The notes below the pieces were generated by a model. The model had not been told where the DNA came from, did no database searches, and worked only from the letters and a program-made list of their open reading frames with translations. Position numbers and translations under genes: made by a program. Below are positions 30,645-39,862 of a DNA stretch of 62,020 nucleotides, one piece after another (the stretch's first letter is position 1; every line of letters starts with the position of its first letter). The stretch lies in the IMG/VR virus record IMGVR_UViG_3300032073_000028, positions 1 through 62,020 of that record. One strand, given 5' to 3'. The stretch comes from a virus (taxonomy: Duplodnaviria; Caudoviricetes).

Positions 30645-31927
30645 TAGTTCGTGTAATTATTTGGAGATAATATTTCTTTTAACTTATTCTTGATTGTATT
30701 ATATTTTGGTGCATTTACTGGTGGACCAGAAGGCCCTGCTGGTGTTGGATGTGTTTCACTTGCCAACTCTGTAAGTAGTTCACTTAATAAATCTACTAAT
30801 ACATTTCCTCTTACAAGTTGTTCTTCAGAATCATCTCCTATGTTAATCCTACCTTGTCCAGCCAGAATACTAAAATCGTTATCGGTAGTTGTTATGTTTA
30901 TATTATCACCAGTTGTTATATCAATACCAAGTGCGTTATCAATTGACATTCCTTTATCTGAAATAAACCCATAATTTCCTTTAGAATAAAAAATCATTTC
31001 AGCATTTTTTGAGGAAAATATTAATCTACCACTACTAATTAGTAATTGGTCTCCTTTTAATTTATCTGCAGATGGATACTCTTTAAATGTATCTGGTGTT
31101 GTTTCAAAATCAGATGTACCTTTATCATCAACTGTACCAGGTATAAAGGGTAATTGATAATCTCGTGAACCCATTACAATACTAGAACCATCTCTGTTTA
31201 CATCTTCTTCAGTTAATCCTCCTATTTTTTGTTGTTGAAACTCACCTTGTGATTCTCTTGATGGGTCTGATTCTCTATTTCTTATTATAATAGTTGGTGA
31301 GAATTTATTATCATTATTATTATATCCACTAAATCTTATAGATTGTCCAAATCTTGATTCTAATAAAGTATCGCCTTCATATAATTTTAATTTATGTATC
31401 TTAGGGTCTGATTCAAAGTAATCTCCATAATCTCCTTTGTTACTTGTATCACCTCCTTGTGGTTGACTAACACCAGTTGCTGAGTTACTTCCATATGTTG
31501 AACTTTTGCCTGGTTTATCTGCATTACCAAAACTTTCTCTATATACTTTTAATCCTTCGTTGGAAATATTTGGAGTTCCACTTGTTTCTAATCTAGTATA
31601 GAATTTTTTTCCTGCAATCCTTACTATATTTACTTCTTCACCAAGTATAGGTAAAGTTCTTAGCGTATCATCTAAAGGATAAATAATTGGTAAATCATCA
31701 TCTTGTACTTCTGAATTAGATAGTGTTCTAGCACGAACCCCACCTACCTTACCAGTGTGTACATCAGAAGAAGCCACACCATCTACACTACTTACTTGTG
31801 CAAACTTTGGTAATGATTTATTAGTTTCATCTAATATTACATCTATTACTATACCAATATCGCTTTGGGTTTTGTTCTTCCTTACCTCTTTGGAGGTTTG
31901 TACATTATTATCACCAAATCTAAACAT
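30644..31927 (-). CDS. Baseplate central spike (gp5/VgrG/gpV-like)
   Basis: N-terminal OB-like G.V..V...P..GE.V; EGD.LLESRFGQSIRF; beta-helix-like repeats; C-terminal LVRGN...ETHPTPAGPSGPP tip motif. Confidence 0.7.
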   Translation of the reverse strand: MFRFGDNNVQTSKEVRKNKTQSDIGIVIDVILDETNKSLPKFAQVSSVDGVASSDVHTGKVGGVRARTLSNSEVQDDDLPIIYPLDDTLRTLPILGEEVNIVRIAGKKFYTRLETSGTPNISNEGLKVYRESFGNADKPGKSSTYGSNSATGVSQPQGGDTSNKGDYGDYFESDPKIHKLKLYEGDTLLESRFGQSIRFSGYNNNDNKFSPTIIIRNRESDPSRESQGEFQQQKIGGLTEEDVNRDGSSIVMGSRDYQLPFIPGTVDDKGTSDFETTPDTFKEYPSADKLKGDQLLISSGRLIFSSKNAEMIFYSKGNYGFISDKGMSIDNALGIDITTGDNINITTTDNDFSILAGQGRINIGDDSEEQLVRGNVLVDLLSELLTELASETHPTPAGPSGPPVNAPKYNTIKNKLKEILSPNNYTN

Positions 31928-32336
31928 TCTCGTTAACTTTCTGTTTTAGTTCTTCAACTTCGTTTGTTAGTTCATCAACTTTAGCATCTTGTTGTTCTGA
32001 TACTTCGTTTACTGTATCTTCTAATTGATTCAATAATTGTTCTTTTTCTTTATCACTAAGGAATCCAACATCACCTTCGGTTTTATCTTTTGAGGCAATC
32101 ATTCTTTGTGCAATTGCTGCCATCTTAATTAATGATTCATCGTTTCTTACTGATGTATCAACTAAATCTTTTATGATTGGACCGATTACTGCCATATCAC
32201 CAGAGTGTCTAATTACCTTTTTCATTTCTGCAATTAGTTCTGATATTCTATTTTTCTTATTTTGCTGGTTATCGTAGATGTCTTTAAACAATCCACTCAA
32301 ATCTTTGCCAGGAAATAATTCAAAATTTGTACTCAT
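31920..32336 (-). CDS. Hypothetical helical late protein
   Basis: 138-aa ORF; late box upstream. Confidence 0.65.
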   Translation of the reverse strand: MSTNFELFPGKDLSGLFKDIYDNQQNKKNRISELIAEMKKVIRHSGDMAVIGPIIKDLVDTSVRNDESLIKMAAIAQRMIASKDKTEGDVGFLSDKEKEQLLNQLEDTVNEVSEQQDAKVDELTNEVEELKQKVNENV

Positions 32337-32375
32337 AATTTTTATATATTATCTTATATATAAATATCATAAATG

Positions 32376-32402
32376 AAAAAACCCTACTTTTTACAGTAGG
32401 GT
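32376..32402 (-). terminator. Intrinsic terminator
   Basis: ACCCTACT-loop-AGTAGGGT followed by a U tract on the minus strand. Confidence 0.75.
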
Positions 32403-32438
32403 CTTTTACTTTACTCAGAATTAATTTTTATTTAATTC

Positions 32439-32669
32439 TTACTTTTTAACGATATGGTATAGTACAAAAGCACCTACGAGTCCTAATAGACCCTCAGCAC
32501 TTAAACTTCCTAAAATAGCCATAATGTTATCAACTACTGATACTTCTGGCCAGAAAGGGATTTTCGCACCTTTGAATAATACTTCAAATACTACTCCTAA
32601 CGCGATGATACTAATACCGATTTTTGTTAATTCATCAGCCCAATTGCCGATTTTCTTCAAAAATTCCAT
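32439..32669 (-). CDS. Small two-TM membrane protein (holin candidate)
   Basis: 76 aa; two hydrophobic helices and a basic C-terminus. Confidence 0.5.
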   Translation of the reverse strand: MEFLKKIGNWADELTKIGISIIALGVVFEVLFKGAKIPFWPEVSVVDNIMAILGSLSAEGLLGLVGAFVLYHIVKK

Positions 32670-32815
32670 ATGTTTCTCCTCTGTTTTTAATTAAAAAGAT
32701 AACCTCTTCCTTCTTCAAAACTTCGGACATGTCACTAATAACTATGATATATATAAACTAAAAAGTATGTTTTAGATTTTAACACCTAATGAGTAAACAA
32801 TAACAGGTGTCAAAC

Positions 32816-32843
32816 AAAAAACCCAACCTTACGGGGTTGGGCT
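32816..32843 (-). terminator. Intrinsic terminator
   Basis: GCCCAACC-CCGTAA-GGTTGGGT followed by TTTTT. Confidence 0.8.
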
Positions 32844-32927
32844 TTGATACTAATCTCTTTGAATTACGATTAGTTTTTTAGAGTAACTAAGCTCTTAAAA
32901 CTTAATGCTTTCGAATACTCTAGTCTA
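32816..32927 (-). ncRNA. Candidate ~110-nt structured late sRNA
   Basis: Late box at 32930-32938, stem TAGAGTA/TACTCTA, hairpin ACTAATC/GATTAGT, then terminator; no ATG-initiated ORF seen. Confidence 0.4.
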
Positions 32928-32940
32928 TATATAAATATTA

Positions 32941-34698
32941 CTATATGTTCTCAGAAAGTATTTTTTTAGAAAGAAATAAATTACCAAGAACTAAATAATC
33001 CATATCACACTTCATAAATGTATCAATTGCTTCTTGTGAATCTTTAACCATTGTCTGGTCTTTAAGATTGAATGAAGTATTTAGAAGTATTGGATAGTTA
33101 GTTATACTTTTAAATTCATTTAGTAATCTGTATATTCTTGGATTAGAATCATACTTTAAAGTTTGTACTCTAGCAGAACCATCGGTGTGGGTAATTGCTG
33201 GTAACTTTTCTCTGTGTTCCTTTTTTACTTTTACAATCTGATTCATGTATGGAATATAATATGGTGGAGTAAAGTATTTTGTTCTATCTTCAAATGTTAC
33301 CATAGGTGCAAATGGTCTGAATCCTTCTCTTTTCTTTACAACCATATTTACTCGTTTCTTCATTTGAGAATCTCTTGGGTCTGCCAAGATAGAACGATTA
33401 CCTAATGCCCTTGCACCAAACTCTAACTTACCTTGTACCCACCCTATGATATTACCTTCAGAAATAAGTTTGGATATTTTTCTAAATAAGGTTGAATCTG
33501 GTATAACTTCCCAAACTATTTTATCTTGATTTTTTCTACATACTTTAATAAATTCTTGATTGTTTTCTTCTGGTCCTAAAAATGGTGATTGATTATCTAT
33601 CTCATACCACTTATCTTTTGATTGTGTAAAATAGTAGTGTAGTGCTGCACCAATTGCAGAACCAGCATCAGATGGAGCAGATGGTATCCAAACATTTTCG
33701 AATTTACTTTTTTCTTGTATCTTACCATTTGCAGTTCCATTGTAAGCACAACCACCACTTAAACAAAGATTTATTTCTTTTGTTTCTTTTTGTAAATGGT
33801 TTAATAAATGAAAAAGTATTTTTTCATATGCATGCTGCAGTGCTGCTGCTATATTTTTATGTTTATTTGTTATTCTTTCGTTTGGTAATCTATTTGGTAT
33901 TTCTAATAACTCTGATAATTTATGATTGAACATAACTTTATCTGAATACTCGTATGTAAAGTATTTCATATTTAATTCAAACCCACCATCATCAGTTAGT
34001 GTATAAAGTTTATCAAACTTTTTATGATAAAATACTTCAGTACCATATGGTGCTAATCCCATAACCTTATACTCACCTTCATTTGGTTTGAATCCAAGAA
34101 ATGCTGTGATTGTGGAATATAACATTCCTAGTGAATGTGGAAACTTAATAGATTTAATTGGTTTCTGTTTGTTTCCATCAAAAGATGTAAGTGTGGTTGT
34201 TTCGTATTCACCAACACCATCTACTGTAAGAACTGCTGAGTTTTTGAATGGGGATGTAAAATATGAATATGCTTTATGAGAATCGTGGTGATTACCATAA
34301 ACTATATTTACATTAGGATGTACATATTGTTTAAATAAATTATCTATATCGTTATTTGGATTACGATGTTTCCATAGCAGTTTTAAATTACCTATTGGAT
34401 TTTTAAAAAAAGTTTTTCTTGCAATATCAAGTATTCTTTTTCTTTTTTCCTTTGGATTCTCATAGTAACATACTGTACTAATATCTGTATTGTGGAGTTT
34501 ATTATTTTGTAATATCCACTTTATTGATTGTATTGGAAAAGTACTATCGTGTTTTATACCACTAAATCTTTCTTCTTCAACTGCTGAAATAACCTTTCCA
34601 TTCTGAACTAAACATACAGCCGAATCATGAAATCCAAACGAAACTCCTAATATGTATTTATCCTTTCCAAAACTCATTATTCTCTGTTGTAAATTCAC
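32941..34698 (-). CDS. O-carbamoyltransferase (NodU/CmcH/TobZ family); start probably 34677
   Basis: HDSA, EEERFSGIKH, HHDSH, VDGVGE, SLG..Y, EYKVMGLAPYG, SGGCAYN, EFGARALGNRSIL, RPFAP, H.DGSARVQT, LNTSFN. Confidence 0.95.
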   Translation of the reverse strand: MNLQQRIMSFGKDKYILGVSFGFHDSAVCLVQNGKVISAVEEERFSGIKHDSTFPIQSIKWILQNNKLHNTDISTVCYYENPKEKRKRILDIARKTFFKNPIGNLKLLWKHRNPNNDIDNLFKQYVHPNVNIVYGNHHDSHKAYSYFTSPFKNSAVLTVDGVGEYETTTLTSFDGNKQKPIKSIKFPHSLGMLYSTITAFLGFKPNEGEYKVMGLAPYGTEVFYHKKFDKLYTLTDDGGFELNMKYFTYEYSDKVMFNHKLSELLEIPNRLPNERITNKHKNIAAALQHAYEKILFHLLNHLQKETKEINLCLSGGCAYNGTANGKIQEKSKFENVWIPSAPSDAGSAIGAALHYYFTQSKDKWYEIDNQSPFLGPEENNQEFIKVCRKNQDKIVWEVIPDSTLFRKISKLISEGNIIGWVQGKLEFGARALGNRSILADPRDSQMKKRVNMVVKKREGFRPFAPMVTFEDRTKYFTPPYYIPYMNQIVKVKKEHREKLPAITHTDGSARVQTLKYDSNPRIYRLLNEFKSITNYPILLNTSFNLKDQTMVKDSQEAIDTFMKCDMDYLVLGNLFLSKKILSENI

Positions 34699-35377
34699 CT
34701 GATTCTAGGTATTCATTTAGTATTTTCTTTTGATGTTGTTTCATTATGTTTACAACTTTAGTAATGTAGTGTGTTTTAACATCTGTCATTTCTCTTATCA
34801 AAAGATATAAATGTTTTTTATTAAAGTTTTCAATGTGTTCTGCTCTTCTAAATAATTCTAATACAGCATCTGCAATCTGTATATCTCTTTTCTTTGCAAA
34901 GATTTTAGTTAAATTAACATCCCAATACTTTAACATCAGATTTTTAAACTGTTTCATTTCATTGTTTTCCTGCTCATGATAAAAATCATTTTCTGGATTC
35001 CAAGTTACTGGCATTTCAGATATTAATGAATTTTGTTTCCATCTTTTGTAGTTACCATTATTTTTTAGAATCAAATGGTTCTTTGCAATAATTGTAAAAT
35101 AAGAAAACGCCTTACCTTTACCTTCTTTAAACATATGTATTTTTTCTACCATAGTAGAAACTACTTCTGTTTGAATATCAATTTTTGGAACATCAAAGTA
35201 AGTAAACTTAAATGTATTCAAAACATTTTCTGCAAGTTTTTCAAAAGGATATTTGATTCTTGTTTTATATATTTCGTTTCTTATTGCTGGATTTTTCTCT
35301 TTGTTGTATTCTATGATTGCCTCTTGTGCAGGTGTACCAAAATACATTTTCGATTTTTTTCTTCTTTTTTTAGGCAT
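34658..35377 (-). CDS. Phage late-transcription sigma factor (T4 gp55-like)
   Basis: F...KGKAFSYFTIIAKN resembles the gp55/sigma region-2 motif (AYFT.I..N); no clear region-4 HTH. Confidence 0.6.
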   Translation of the reverse strand: MPKKRRKKSKMYFGTPAQEAIIEYNKEKNPAIRNEIYKTRIKYPFEKLAENVLNTFKFTYFDVPKIDIQTEVVSTMVEKIHMFKEGKGKAFSYFTIIAKNHLILKNNGNYKRWKQNSLISEMPVTWNPENDFYHEQENNEMKQFKNLMLKYWDVNLTKIFAKKRDIQIADAVLELFRRAEHIENFNKKHLYLLIREMTDVKTHYITKVVNIMKQHQKKILNEYLESGEFTTENNEFWKG

Positions 35378-35378
35378 A

Positions 35379-35654
35379 TTATGTAGTAGTATTTAGTTCT
35401 TCAATAATTTCTTTAAGTTCTGTAAAAGCAGAACCTACCTCATCATCAGATTCAAATGAACCTCTTATATCAACATCTTGCATTCTTTCGTATGCTCGTT
35501 CAACTTTAGTTCTTATTGCATCTGATTTAGATAACTCCTCTTCAATGTAATCTTGATATTGTTCGTTTTGTCTGTTAAGATTTCGTATTCCTATAAGTAA
35601 TACTATGTTTAGGAGTACAGACACTCCTAATGCTATCATTTCATATAATTCCAT
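35379..35654 (-). CDS. Membrane-anchored coiled-coil protein (i-spanin candidate)
   Basis: N-terminal TM helix plus helical tail, directly after the endolysin-like gene. Confidence 0.45.
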   Translation of the reverse strand: MELYEMIALGVSVLLNIVLLIGIRNLNRQNEQYQDYIEEELSKSDAIRTKVERAYERMQDVDIRGSFESDDEVGSAFTELKEIIEELNTTT

Positions 35655-35658
35655 AAGT

Positions 35659-36228
35659 TTAATTTAATTTAATATCGTATCCACTAAATTGGGCCATGTA
35701 CGATGTAATCTTTGTTCCGAATCCATCTTTAAATACTTTTCCATTTTTAAAGTATCTTTTGACAGAACCCTGTCCTCCAAGATGTGCAGCTGCTAAAATA
35801 CCACTTTCAGAAATATAGATATCATTAATGGTCTTTCCACCAAATACATCAATATACTTTTGTAACTTTTCTTTGTTGTGTAATAATAAAGCCATCATTG
35901 CTTCTTCTTGAATGTGTGGATTATTTAGGAATTCTTCTTTGGTTACATTGAATCCTAATCCTTTTAGGGTACTTCTTCCAAACTGGTATTTACCCATATA
36001 CCCCCATCGGTTTGTAACAGTATATCTGTTACCACTTTCTCTGAATCCAACATCATTTAAGAATCGATTTAATTCATCTTCGTGATGTTGTTGTTGTTTT
36101 CTTTCTTTCTCTAACTGTCTTTCGAATTGAAGTTCAGCCATTACAGAAGGTTTGTTGAGTGTCGATGAATCTATAATACCCATCGAACCTAGTGTTAGCA
36201 AACTTGCCAACAATAATGTTTTTCTCAT
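35659..36228 (-). CDS. Lysozyme/transglycosylase-like protein with N-terminal signal
   Basis: RESGN.Y...N.WGYMGKYQFG and ESGILAAAHLGG motifs, recalled from a Flavobacteriaceae lysozyme-like family. Confidence 0.75.
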   Translation of the reverse strand: MRKTLLLASLLTLGSMGIIDSSTLNKPSVMAELQFERQLEKERKQQQHHEDELNRFLNDVGFRESGNRYTVTNRWGYMGKYQFGRSTLKGLGFNVTKEEFLNNPHIQEEAMMALLLHNKEKLQKYIDVFGGKTINDIYISESGILAAAHLGGQGSVKRYFKNGKVFKDGFGTKITSYMAQFSGYDIKLN

Positions 36229-36252
36229 AAAGATTGCTCCTTTGATTATATT

Positions 36253-36286
36253 AGCTAATATACAAAACTTTTATGAATTATCCAAA
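36253..36286 (-). promoter_or_regulatory. Early promoter (copy 2)
   Basis: TTTG-N20-TATATTAG-CT. Confidence 0.8.
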
Positions 36287-36331
36287 TTTTTTAGAACTTT
36301 TTTTTGGCTGTGTATATCTAAATATAAAATA

Positions 36332-36952
36332 TTATATTATTTGTGCTCCCTCTTCAAGTAGTGGTAATGCCTTTTTATACTTCATAAACTCTGTTTTTCC
36401 ATCAGAAAGTTTTACCATAACTCTTTCGTTTCTACCATATTTTTTTTCTTTTACTATGGTTTGAGTATATCTTCTGATTTCATCAGTAATTAAAATACCA
36501 TCTAAATGGTCTATCTCGTGTTGAGCAACTACACACTCTAATAACCCCTCATCACTAAAATAGTTATGTCCTTCTGTACCTATTTTCTTTGGTTCATCTG
36601 CACCAAACTCTACTGTACCTAAGTTATCAGTTTCTACTGTTATTGATTGTGAACGAACTGTGTGTCGTGGTTTAGTCATCGTTTTAGGAAGAGATAAACA
36701 AGATTCTATATAAACTATACCATCTTCACTTCTCTTCGTTATACGAGGGTTTACAAGTACTAAAGGTTCTTTTGTGTTAATAACACAAACTCGTTTATCT
36801 AATCCTATTTGGTTTGCTGATAATCCGAATCCTTTTTCTTTTTTTAATGCTGTCAGCAATGCTGCTGCAATAACATCTTGTTCTGTTTTATTCTTTGGTA
36901 ACTCTGTAAGTGGCGTTCTTAACTTAGTTACATCTTGTACTATCTTGTTCAT
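36332..36952 (-). CDS. def: Peptide deformylase with C-terminal extension
   Basis: GFGLSANQIG, ESCLS (EGCLS variant), QHEIDHLDG. Confidence 0.93.
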   Translation of the reverse strand: MNKIVQDVTKLRTPLTELPKNKTEQDVIAAALLTALKKEKGFGLSANQIGLDKRVCVINTKEPLVLVNPRITKRSEDGIVYIESCLSLPKTMTKPRHTVRSQSITVETDNLGTVEFGADEPKKIGTEGHNYFSDEGLLECVVAQHEIDHLDGILITDEIRRYTQTIVKEKKYGRNERVMVKLSDGKTEFMKYKKALPLLEEGAQII

Positions 36953-37218
36953 TTAAATAATTGTAATTGTTGTGAATCTGTTAATGTTTCTCGTGTTGAT
37001 ACATCTGCTCCCATTTTTCTACGAGTTACAGTTTTACCTCCATCTGGTGATTCATATATCCAACTTCTATCATCTTCTTTGAAGAAGTTTTCTTGTTGTA
37101 ACCAATACAACTGTCTCACCTTTTCACCCAACTCCATATCGTTAGGATATTTTTTTACTAATTCTTTTATATGTTTTTCCATTATTCTGCTATGTTTAAG
37201 TATTTTTCTAATAACCAA
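36949..37218 (-). CDS. Hypothetical protein (start possibly 37182)
   Basis: ORF track; KYPNDMELG...WIYESPDGGKTV. Confidence 0.65.
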   Translation of the reverse strand: MVIRKILKHSRIMEKHIKELVKKYPNDMELGEKVRQLYWLQQENFFKEDDRSWIYESPDGGKTVTRRKMGADVSTRETLTDSQQLQLFK

Positions 37219-37652
37219 GATGAAGATTGAATTTTATCACCCAATCCCCATACTGAATCTATTCCATATGAGTTACACACATCATTCTCTGGTGTAGTTG
37301 TTTCTGTTCTATCTCCACCATTACCAAATGCCATATTACCTTCTAACTCACCTCTCTTTTCAAAATGCCATTTGTGTTTTGCATGGTCAATCAAATCAAT
37401 TGCTGTATCATCACCATGTATAAGTGGATTCATTACATAAACATAATCCACATCTCTTAATGATTCCATTATAAACTTTCGTTCACCTTCTTTCATAAAA
37501 GATTTACCTTTCTTTCTCCTTAACCAACTATCGTTGTTAAGTCCTATCCAAACTTCATCAGCCAATTTCTTAGCGTTTTGGATACATTCGATATGTCCTT
37601 TGTGTATGGGGTCGAATCCCCCACTAATTAAAATTACTTTGTACTTTTTCAT
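37182..37652 (-). CDS. Cytidylyltransferase-like nucleotidyltransferase (RfaE/TagD type)
   Basis: SGGFDPIHKGH (HIGH), NGGDR, KIQSSS. Confidence 0.9.
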   Translation of the reverse strand: MKKYKVILISGGFDPIHKGHIECIQNAKKLADEVWIGLNNDSWLRRKKGKSFMKEGERKFIMESLRDVDYVYVMNPLIHGDDTAIDLIDHAKHKWHFEKRGELEGNMAFGNGGDRTETTTPENDVCNSYGIDSVWGLGDKIQSSSWLLEKYLNIAE

Positions 37653-39862
37653 ATGTTAGTTTTGTCAGTTGAATTCCATGTTGTTCCAAACAACCCCATG
37701 TTTTTTGAATTATTCCATCCTTTAAAGCTTTGTCTATGTCTTGGTCTATCTTTATACTTTACATGATGGTTTAATATTTTTAATAATTTAAATTGAGTTT
37801 CATCTGTATATAATGCGTTTTCTAATACTTTATAATTATCATAAGTTACCTTCTCGTACTTTTTCCATAAATCATGCCAATTAGAAATATCCCATCCTTT
37901 AGTTTTCTCTGAAATTTTTCTTATAGATTTTAATGCTTCTAATACATTGTTTTCTCTATAATTAATATTAAATTCTTCTTTGAGGTATTTAAAATTTAAT
38001 CCCCATTTATCTTCCATTATTTTATAATTCTTGCCTGGAAATATCATATACACCATTGTCCCACAGAATAGTGGTAGTAATGTTTTTTCTGATATATGTT
38101 CTAGTATTCCCATGTAATCATTAAAAGTATGTCTTTTATCATTGATAGTATATGTTTCCATACCAATATTAAAATAACTTTCTCTGTAAGCTTCTATTAC
38201 AGATTCATATGAAATTCCACCTCTATCTAATGTTGAATTATGTCTTTCTTCATCCTTTGGTTTAATATAATCTTCTAGTGATTTACCAATTACTTTTTTT
38301 ATTTCTTCAATATTATCTAATCCATATGTTAATACTTCTTCAGAATTAAATTCACCTCTTATATTTGGTAGAGTTACTTCATTATATTCTACTAAATCTT
38401 CTTCTTTGATATTTCTTGCAGTTATTAAATTTTGATGTGAATTACCAAAACTAAGTAATTCATTTAGTGTATGCATTCTTAAGGCGTTTGGTTTATTTAC
38501 AAAACAACTTATACTATATCCTCTTGGATTATCATTTGGTGTCCATGCGTTTTTAAAATATGAACTTAATGGTTGTGTATCATCTGGTGTCATCACAGGG
38601 TCTGCCTGATATGTTTTTATTAAATAATCTAATTCTGTTCTTTTAATGTTACAATCTAATATAATTAAATCTTCTTCTTTAAATCCCCATTCTTTTATAA
38701 CAACATCTTTTAAAAGTTTTTCTGTTTCTCCTACCCAAGATTCTTGTCTTAACACTACCATTACCTTTCCTCCATTCTTTTTTACTATTGGATACATTTC
38801 TTCGTAGTAATGTTTGTAATCATTAAAATCTGAACCTTGATGAAAAAGTTTATATGAAATATCTAGTAGTTTACAATTATCTGGTGGTACTCTTTTAAAA
38901 GCCAAATCTTTTAGATGTGGTATTGAAACTTGCAAATCAGGTATCCAATCTGAATCATTTGTATGAGGAGAACAAAATTCTATTACCTCCATATCACCAT
39001 TTCTATATTTTCCAATTGCAGGGCCAACATGAGTAGTTTCACCTATAATACTTGTCATTTTATTTGCGAATTTCTTTGCTCCCCAATATCCTAAATGATT
39101 ATCACCAAAATCAATTTCATCTAATATTAACCAACCCATATCATGTGCATGACCCCAAGGATGTGTATAATTAAAATATCTATTTACACATCTTGGATGT
39201 CTTTCCATATCTTGAAACTGATGTACATCTTTGTTAAACCAAACACAATCATCAAATGAACCCATAGAAAATGTATATTCATTTTGCATTCCCATAGAAT
39301 CTAACCAACCTATAAAGTTCATAATCATTCTTGATTCTTCTTTGTGGTAGATTACTTCATCGAAGTGATTATCTATCCAAGTTTGATATCCATCTCCATA
39401 AACTTTATCTAATCTTCTGTTTTCTTTATCTTCAGTAAACCATTCTTTTACTAATGAAAATTGGTATTTTTTCTTTTCTTTATTCCAACTTGCATTACAT
39501 ATACCATGATGGTTTTCTTTTGAAAAGTAAATATCATCTCTTATACCTGGCTGGAATTCAAAATGAAATAAGTGTGCAGAATGAGGTTGTCTAAGATAGT
39601 TCTTTATAATATACTCTGTTGCTTTTCTTATAATCCTTTTTGTTCCACTACCAGATTTTGCATCATTTATAAATTTTGTTGCCTTTAAGTTTTTTGCAAT
39701 AATAGATGCGTAACTACATTCTTCTTGTGATGGCAAATCAATACCATACTTTTCTTTATACAACGGTCTTATATCTGTTCGTGCTGATAATGGTTCGAAA
39801 CCTCCTCCTTTAGTTATGGAAGTTCCACCGAAGTAAAAAATAAATTCATAGTTTTCTTTCAA
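37649..39862 (-). CDS. SGNH-like domain fused to GT10-like domain
   Basis: N-terminal GTSIT block with later DNH (DxH); C-terminal NIGMET...ISEKTLLP. Confidence 0.45.
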   Translation of the reverse strand: MKENYEFIFYFGGTSITKGGGFEPLSARTDIRPLYKEKYGIDLPSQEECSYASIIAKNLKATKFINDAKSGSGTKRIIRKATEYIIKNYLRQPHSAHLFHFEFQPGIRDDIYFSKENHHGICNASWNKEKKKYQFSLVKEWFTEDKENRRLDKVYGDGYQTWIDNHFDEVIYHKEESRMIMNFIGWLDSMGMQNEYTFSMGSFDDCVWFNKDVHQFQDMERHPRCVNRYFNYTHPWGHAHDMGWLILDEIDFGDNHLGYWGAKKFANKMTSIIGETTHVGPAIGKYRNGDMEVIEFCSPHTNDSDWIPDLQVSIPHLKDLAFKRVPPDNCKLLDISYKLFHQGSDFNDYKHYYEEMYPIVKKNGGKVMVVLRQESWVGETEKLLKDVVIKEWGFKEEDLIILDCNIKRTELDYLIKTYQADPVMTPDDTQPLSSYFKNAWTPNDNPRGYSISCFVNKPNALRMHTLNELLSFGNSHQNLITARNIKEEDLVEYNEVTLPNIRGEFNSEEVLTYGLDNIEEIKKVIGKSLEDYIKPKDEERHNSTLDRGGISYESVIEAYRESYFNIGMETYTINDKRHTFNDYMGILEHISEKTLLPLFCGTMVYMIFPGKNYKIMEDKWGLNFKYLKEEFNINYRENNVLEALKSIRKISEKTKGWDISNWHDLWKKYEKVTYDNYKVLENALYTDETQFKLLKILNHHVKYKDRPRHRQSFKGWNNSKNMGLFGTTWNSTDKTNI

